DNA of 64,000 nucleotides from a virus: IMG/VR virus record IMGVR_UViG_3300027977_000007; one strand, 5' to 3'. Shown piece by piece: positions 58,787 to 64,000 of this stretch (position 1 is its first letter; each line of letters starts with the position of its first letter). The notes under the pieces were generated by a model. It saw only the letters and a program-made list of their open reading frames with translations, ran no database searches and was not told where the DNA came from. The position numbers and the translations under genes were made by a program.

Positions 58787-60202
58787 TTATTCAAATCTTG
58801 TAGTTGGTAATAAGCGTTGTAACTTATCATAATTATCCTTACCAATATCACTAATACTTACTGTAATCTTTCCTAGACTACCACCATTACTAATATCCAA
58901 GTTAGCAATATCATCAGGTATATAATTAATTGGATTATTATTTATATTCAAAAATAATAAGTTTTTTAACTTGCCAATACCATTAGGTAATGTTTTTATT
59001 TTATTATCACATAAGATTAATATCTCTAACTTCTCTAATGAACCAATAGATGGATGAAGTTCATGTAAGTTAGCTTTACTAATTATTAATTGGTCCAGAT
59101 TTTGAAACGTACTAATATCTGGTAATCTAGGTATAGACCTATCAATAAATCTAATCGTTGATGTATTGGAATCTATTACCTCAAATAAAGACTCAGTATA
59201 ACCAAATGAAACCAGCATCTTTAAATATGGGTTGGTATCTAATCCAGACTTATATGCTTTGGCCAAGCCAATTAATTCTAAATAAAAGAAATTTCGTAAC
59301 GCCTCATCTTCACTTAAGACTAAGCTATAAATATCAACGTTTTCTTTGTTTGTTCTATCCTTTATCTGATTCGTTTCAAAGTGAATTTGATAAATTTCCT
59401 CACTATCACCGTTAAAAAATTTATTATTGATAACGATAAATAACTTAGAAAAAAGATTATCAGGTCTTTTATGATTCGTAGTATAATTCGCAAACATACC
59501 ATTTTTATCCCTAGTCGTACACCAGTTAGCAAAGTTACTAAATACCGAACTAGCCGTTACAGTTAATGGTACGTAAACCGTATATTTCCTATCTTTATAA
59601 GGTATTAATGCTTGTCGACCATCAACATACTTATTCATTGTTCTTTCTACGCTACTTGGTTCCCTAAGAAAAAACGGGTCAACCGCATCAAAAAGTTCAG
59701 ACAAGTTTCTATATTGATTAATATCTGTTGGGTCCGTAATATCCTTAAGTGAAAATGCGTTATTACAAAGTTCCTTGAACTTTTTCTTTCGCTTATGTTC
59801 GGCAAATAATATCAAGTATTCGTTAGCTTGTGGTAAATCCTCACTAACAAACATAATAGCATCCCTTACACTAGAATCAGTATTCTGTTTGATTAACCTA
59901 GTAAATACATTCAGCATCCATTGTAGATACATCTTGTTTTCAGTTGGGTCAGCATCAACCATACTGGCAAAAACATCAGAACTAACACTAACCTTAGTCA
60001 ATATAAACTTAGGGTTACTAGGCTTAGGCTTTATACTTAGTAATGCAATAACAACACCAGCTGGTGTTGTTATTGTCTTAGTTTCATATCCATTTTCATT
60101 TAAGGTGTTCGTAATACTACCAACTCCAATATCTGATAACTCAAATATATCAAATTGTTCAGCTAGAAACAATAATCTGTCAGTCGTATTTATAGTTTTC
60201 AT
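58787..60202 (-). CDS. leucine-rich repeat protein with uncharacterised N-terminal domain
   Basis: C-terminal LPDISTFQNLDQLII, LHPSIGSLEKLEILILCDNKIKTLPNGIGKLKNL.FLNINNNPI; N-terminal ADPT..KMYLQW and NWCTT. Confidence 0.8.
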   Translation of the reverse strand: MKTINTTDRLLFLAEQFDIFELSDIGVGSITNTLNENGYETKTITTPAGVVIALLSIKPKPSNPKFILTKVSVSSDVFASMVDADPTENKMYLQWMLNVFTRLIKQNTDSSVRDAIMFVSEDLPQANEYLILFAEHKRKKKFKELCNNAFSLKDITDPTDINQYRNLSELFDAVDPFFLREPSSVERTMNKYVDGRQALIPYKDRKYTVYVPLTVTASSVFSNFANWCTTRDKNGMFANYTTNHKRPDNLFSKLFIVINNKFFNGDSEEIYQIHFETNQIKDRTNKENVDIYSLVLSEDEALRNFFYLELIGLAKAYKSGLDTNPYLKMLVSFGYTESLFEVIDSNTSTIRFIDRSIPRLPDISTFQNLDQLIISKANLHELHPSIGSLEKLEILILCDNKIKTLPNGIGKLKNLLFLNINNNPINYIPDDIANLDISNGGSLGKITVSISDIGKDNYDKLQRLLPTTRFE

Positions 60203-60225
60203 TAAGATGTTTTATACCTTTTAGA

Positions 60226-60256
60226 CAAAGATACAACTTTTTTTCTGTAATTACAA
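60226..60256 (-). promoter_or_regulatory. Bacteroidota-type promoter TTG-N20-TATCTTTG
   Basis: + strand CAAAGATA at 60226-33 and CAA at 60254-56. Confidence 0.75.
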
Positions 60257-60258
60257 GA

Positions 60259-60603
60259 CTACACGTAAAATCTTTTAAAAAAATCATCATCTAAAAATTC
60301 CTCAATCCTACGTTTGAAAAACCAAGTCACGTTATCAACATAATCAGATTCTCGGTCAATAATGTCTAATATAACGGCATTTGGATTCTCACCATCAGTT
60401 ATACGATACTTTATCTCATTTAAATATTCATACTTACCTTGAGAAATTAATTGCTCCATGATTACACTGTATATTTCCCATCGATTTTCATCATCTTCAC
60501 TTAGTGTTAATCTTAGTTTTTCAATATACTTATGATACGCTTTATCTAGTGTGGATTCTTTACCATGACTAGGGTTCAATAAATAAAAATTATTTCCCAT
60601 CAT
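60259..60603 (-). CDS. hypothetical protein (paralog of 60718..61041)
   Basis: EIKYRITDGENPNAVILDII; ATATTTAT at 60639-60632. Confidence 0.65.
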   Translation of the reverse strand: MMGNNFYLLNPSHGKESTLDKAYHKYIEKLRLTLSEDDENRWEIYSVIMEQLISQGKYEYLNEIKYRITDGENPNAVILDIIDRESDYVDNVTWFFKRRIEEFLDDDFFKRFYV

Positions 60604-60717
60604 TGTAACTTTTTAATGAATGTTATTTACTATAAATATCATAACATTCTTAATAATAATGATTTCTAGACAGATATATTGTAACTTTACTGAATATCAA
60701 TACTAAAAAATAATACC

Positions 60718-61041
60718 CTAATTAAAATTTTTTATCTTATTATATAAGCGCTCAAGTTCTGGTGTATACGTCTTAACAGACTCAAGTACCTCGATTACAA
60801 TGTCCTTTGGATTGCATTCATCAGTAAGCTTATACTGAAGCTCTTTAACTCGTAACATATCATTTAAACTATTCTTCAGCTCAAGCACCACTTGGTTGTA
60901 TGTCGCCCACGCTTCACGATTTGAATACGGGCCGTCATGTAGTTGGTTGGTTATTTTATCCTCATATTGGTGCTCTAAAACGGTGTCAAATGCACCATAG
61001 TGCTCTCGTAATATTCTCCGTATCTTGCCCCTGTAACTCAT
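60718..61041 (-). CDS. hypothetical protein with IRRILRE tag
   Basis: MSYRGKIRRILREHY; ELQYKLTDECNPKDIVIEVL. Confidence 0.65.
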   Translation of the reverse strand: MSYRGKIRRILREHYGAFDTVLEHQYEDKITNQLHDGPYSNREAWATYNQVVLELKNSLNDMLRVKELQYKLTDECNPKDIVIEVLESVKTYTPELERLYNKIKNFN

Positions 61042-61042
61042 C

Positions 61043-61372
61043 TTATTGCATCGTTACGTTTTTCGATAAATTAAAATCATCAGATATATTCCCATACATC
61101 CAATCTCGTATTACTTGCTTCGTGAAATCATCACCCATCTTATACTTATACTTCATGTATTCATATAATGATTTAGGCGTTATTACTTCGTCATCAACCT
61201 TAATTCTAATCATTGGTTTCTCATTATACTCACCACCCTCACGTACAAACTTTTCAATTGGTTCATAGTTCAGGTCCAATTCTTCTTTCATTTGTCTTAC
61301 GATTCTTGAATGAAGTACACCCTCACATAAACGCCCCAACTGACTTTCAGTTATGATTAATTTCTTTTTCAT
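61043..61372 (-). CDS. hypothetical protein with LIITESQL tag
   Basis: MKKKLIITESQLGRL; ATATTTAT (61384-77) lies 4 nt before the ATG. Confidence 0.65.
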   Translation of the reverse strand: MKKKLIITESQLGRLCEGVLHSRIVRQMKEELDLNYEPIEKFVREGGEYNEKPMIRIKVDDEVITPKSLYEYMKYKYKMGDDFTKQVIRDWMYGNISDDFNLSKNVTMQ

Positions 61373-61395
61373 ATCTATAAATATTAGCAGTAAAT

Positions 61396-61416
61396 AAAAA
61401 GGCCCTTGAGGGCCTT
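61396..61416 (-). terminator. rho-independent terminator
   Basis: AAGGCCCT-loop-AGGGCCTT with A5 on the + strand. Confidence 0.75.
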
Positions 61417-61420
61417 AGTA

Positions 61421-61744
61421 TTATGATAATAATGTGTCAATCTTTTTTTGTAAATCTGATTTACTTATGACACCAACCATTCGCTCACTTATTTCCCCGT
61501 CTTTAAATAATAGTAATGTTGGGATATTTCTAATCCCATAGGACTTTGCAACTTCACCACATTCATCAACGTCAATCTTACCAATACCAATATTGGTTTT
61601 ATCGGTGTTATCTTCAGATAACGCCTTAATAATTGGGGTTAAGGTTTTACATGGGCCACACCATTCTGCCGAGAATTGTAATAGGGTTATTTCGTTATTC
61701 TTTAAAACATCTGTAATGTTTTTTTCTGTTACTTCTAATACCAT
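61421..61744 (-). CDS. trxA: thioredoxin
   Basis: FSAEWCGPCK, KIDVDE, YGIRNIPTLLLFKDG. Confidence 0.95.
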   Translation of the reverse strand: MVLEVTEKNITDVLKNNEITLLQFSAEWCGPCKTLTPIIKALSEDNTDKTNIGIGKIDVDECGEVAKSYGIRNIPTLLLFKDGEISERMVGVISKSDLQKKIDTLLS

Positions 61745-61803
61745 TTACTTAAATTTTTATTTTTGTTATTGTTATAAATATATAAAACTAAACCCAAATA
61801 GCA

Positions 61804-62058
61804 ATGACAGACTCAGATTTAATCCTTAATTTTTTAAAGCGTGAATATACCAATGAACACCCAGTAATTTATCTTCTCATTAGTGGTAAAAACAAAAGTT
61901 CATATGTAACGGCTACCAATTCAATTCATAATCTAACCAATGCAATCTTTATTGATTCAGTTAAAGAAGAAATTATTAAACTTAGCGTTCAAGAATTTAT
62001 TAGTCTAAAACAATCAGAATATAGTACTGGTAAATTAAAGACTAAAGCTATCTATTAG
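61804..62058 (+). CDS. hypothetical protein
   Basis: 84-aa ORF. Confidence 0.5.
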   Translation: MTDSDLILNFLKREYTNEHPVIYLLISGKNKSSYVTATNSIHNLTNAIFIDSVKEEIIKLSVQEFISLKQSEYSTGKLKTKAIY

Positions 62059-62337
62059 CTTGGTGTTATGCGTGTTTACCTTAACCATTAAACGTACAGG
62101 TATCTCAAATATCACATACTTCCTTAATAAAAAATAATCGATAAAGTACTTGTTGCGTTCAGCAACACCCATATTAAATAATTTTTCTAAGATAGAATCT
62201 ATCGTTAGATAATGGCTTGATTGTCGTGGACTTAAAGTATCATGTTTTAGGTTTTCACCAAATATCCTACAGTAAGACTGATAATCACTACAATATGACT
62301 CTAAGTATAATGTTAATGTAACCTCACAGATTATCAT
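62035..62337 (-). CDS. hypothetical protein (start uncertain)
   Basis: Open frame; MIICEV at 62337 chosen to avoid overlap with the divergent gene. Confidence 0.35.
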   Translation of the reverse strand: MIICEVTLTLYLESYCSDYQSYCRIFGENLKHDTLSPRQSSHYLTIDSILEKLFNMGVAERNKYFIDYFLLRKYVIFEIPVRLMVKVNTHNTKLIDSFSL

Positions 62338-62392
62338 ATATACATGGTTATCAAATATTGTCAATTTATTCAATTTGTTAATATTTATAAGT

Positions 62393-62656
62393 ATGTTTAA
62401 TGATTTTGATAAATATATAATGTTAAAGTTCTTGACGAACAATTATCCTGTGATAAAAATAAAACATAATAAACGTTTTAAACGGGCTATAACATGTCAC
62501 GATGGTACACGATATTTTTTATCCAATACTACCACGCAACAAAGTTTAAGAAATCACTTAAGCCAAGTATTAAATAGATTGTTTATTTGTGATGATACTA
62601 ATTTTATTTCTATGGTCTTAGATAATTTTTCACCAACACGACAAAAAAAGCCTTGA
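62393..62656 (+). CDS. hypothetical protein
   Basis: MFNDFDKY start 4 nt after ATATTTAT (62381-88). Confidence 0.55.
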   Translation: MFNDFDKYIMLKFLTNNYPVIKIKHNKRFKRAITCHDGTRYFLSNTTTQQSLRNHLSQVLNRLFICDDTNFISMVLDNFSPTRQKKP

Positions 62657-62759
62657 TGTAGTTCCAATATGTAAATATTGGAATTACCGTAAGTAAATAA
62701 AATATACTAATATGGCCTTCGCCACATAAGCCTAATGCATGTTTAATTATTTCTATCAT
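62610..62759 (-). CDS. small membrane protein
   Basis: MIEIIKHALGLCGEGH plus hydrophobic segment; promoter TTG(62807-05)-N20-TATCTTTG(62784-77). Confidence 0.6.
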   Translation of the reverse strand: MIEIIKHALGLCGEGHISIFYLLTVIPIFTYWNYIKAFFVVLVKNYLRP

Positions 62760-62822
62760 TCTATTCGTATTTCTTACAAAGATACGAATAATATTTTTAA
62801 AAGACAAATAATTTACCCAGAA

Positions 62823-63269
62823 TTATTTATAAACCTCTAGGATAATTTCCTTAACAACCAAATTACCATTAGAATCATTAACCATAACAACCTCAACTTC
62901 ATTACCAATAGTAACTTGACCACTACCCGTATTTTCTTCGACATTAATCATGGCCCAATCTAAGCTTATCGGTAACGTGATTACATCTTCATTATCATTA
63001 ACGTAGTAATAAACTTCAATATCAACTTCTGTCGGCCCTGTAATACCATATAAGCTAATGTCCTTGATTCCCCAGCTTCTAGCCTCAATCTCGATGTCAT
63101 AATATACCGTGGCTTTGATTGTTGGTATTTCACTTATTTCATTACCCTTATAGGTCGCACGATATGTGCTAAAGCTTAACACAACTTCCCTACTATACCT
63201 ATTATCTACCTGTTCGGTTAATCTAGATTTTAAACGCTTTAATTGACTTTCAGTAATTATTAATTTCAT
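62823..63269 (-). CDS. acidic beta-rich protein with LIITESQL tag
   Basis: MKLIITESQLKRLKSRLTE; ATATTTAT at 63288-63281. Confidence 0.7.
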   Translation of the reverse strand: MKLIITESQLKRLKSRLTEQVDNRYSREVVLSFSTYRATYKGNEISEIPTIKATVYYDIEIEARSWGIKDISLYGITGPTEVDIEVYYYVNDNEDVITLPISLDWAMINVEENTGSGQVTIGNEVEVVMVNDSNGNLVVKEIILEVYK

Positions 63270-63323
63270 AGTTTTTTATTATAAATATCGTTTATTTTAA
63301 TAAAGGTTGTATTATATTTAAAT

Positions 63324-63863
63324 ATGAATAAACCTAAGCTAGAAATAGAACTCATCCCCAAGACTTGCTGGTTCTCATCAGTAAGAACTGCCGTTAAGCC
63401 AAGCCAATGGGATAAGATTAGATTCTTGTCTTATGAATCCGCTGGCCATAAGTGTGAAATATGTGGTGATACTGGTAAAAATCAAGGCTATAAGCATAAC
63501 GTTGAATGTCATGAAATATGGGATTATAACGATGTATCTAAAACTCAAACCCTTGTTGGTCTAATATCACTCTGTGTAATTTGTCACCAAGTTAAACATA
63601 TCGGTAGAGCAATTGCTATCGGAAAACATCAACAAGCACTCAATCAATTGGCTAAGGTTAATAAATGGACACCAGAACAAGTTCAACAACATGTCCAAGA
63701 GTCATTTGAAGTGCATAAGGAACGCTCAAAGCATGAATGGAAGCTGGATATATCACTTCTTACTAAAGAACCCTATAACATCGTTATAAAGCCAAATAAA
63801 AAACGCATCTTTAAAAAGAAAAAATTTAAAAAACGACCAAAGAAAAAGTTACCTAAAAAATAA
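63324..63863 (+). CDS. HNH-type endonuclease
   Basis: CEICG...VECHEIW...LISLCVICHQVKH; Lys-rich tail. Confidence 0.8.
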   Translation: MNKPKLEIELIPKTCWFSSVRTAVKPSQWDKIRFLSYESAGHKCEICGDTGKNQGYKHNVECHEIWDYNDVSKTQTLVGLISLCVICHQVKHIGRAIAIGKHQQALNQLAKVNKWTPEQVQQHVQESFEVHKERSKHEWKLDISLLTKEPYNIVIKPNKKRIFKKKKFKKRPKKKLPKK

Positions 63864-63921
63864 TTTAATATTTATTTAATATGATTAAATATTATTTATA
63901 ATATTTATTCAAAAAATATAA

Positions 63922-64000
63922 ATGAACATAATACACGTAAAACCAAATGGTCAAGAAATTGAATCTTGGATTGCTATCATAGATAATGAAGTTGTTGGTC
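63922..64000 (+). CDS. partial ORF (3'-truncated), possibly GNAT-like
   Basis: MNIIHVKPNGQEIESWIAIIDNEVVG; ATATTTAT at 63901-08. Confidence 0.45.
   Translation, partial: MNIIHVKPNGQEIESWIAIIDNEVVG

Noticed and set aside
1590-61829. Many short antisense or overlapping ORFs in the track (e.g. 25673..26224, 36067..36483, 39558..39926, 48799..48987, 54275..54604, 59775..60224)
   Set aside because: They are shadows of well-supported genes on the opposite strand or frame, and have no motifs.
1-64000. Alternative genetic code (stop-codon reassignment), as in some large phages
   Set aside because: Conserved genes (terminase, portal, capsid, thyA, clpC) are full-length under code 11, and TAG and TGA both terminate genes at sensible, coupled junctions.
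1-64000. CRISPR array, tRNA or rRNA genes
   Set aside because: No regularly spaced repeats with unique spacers and no cloverleaf-like sequence seen; intergenic gaps are short. This was by eye only, so tRNAscan should confirm.

Overview
A 64 kb AT-rich, gene-dense segment of a large T4-like tailed phage genome, read with standard code 11. I found no tRNA, rRNA or CRISPR. The likely host is Bacteroidota: early-type genes carry TTG-N20-TAnnTTTG promoters and translation starts lack Shine-Dalgarno sites. Layout: (1) 1-24.6 kb (+): WYL protein, HD hydrolase, dUTPase, IMPDH/GMPR, PhoH and about 13 glycosyltransferase-like genes, with a very AT-rich sugar-nucleotide/methyltransferase island at 7.8-20.7 kb. 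(2) 24.6-31.5 kb (+): gp55-like sigma factor and baseplate/virion genes. (3) 31.6-52.3 kb (-): Hef-like endonuclease, major capsid, scaffold, prohead protease, portal, large terminase, candidate head proteins, thyA and KTSC. (4) 52.4-64 kb: ClpC, ABC-ATPase/GNAT, YkuK RNase H-like, LRR protein, thioredoxin, HNH and many small ORFs. The most notable unexplained signals are these. A -1 frameshift at an A11 run joins two ORFs into a ~1160-aa modular protein that also contains an intein. A second -1 frameshift at U9 fuses an ABC ATPase to a GNAT domain. Many unrelated small proteins share an IKKLLREGL or LIITESQL tag behind an ATATTTAT late-promoter motif, a putative capsid-cargo system. One zinc-ribbon gene has mRNA 5' and 3' ends that can form a 15-bp duplex. 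All function calls come from motif recognition by eye; no database searches were run.
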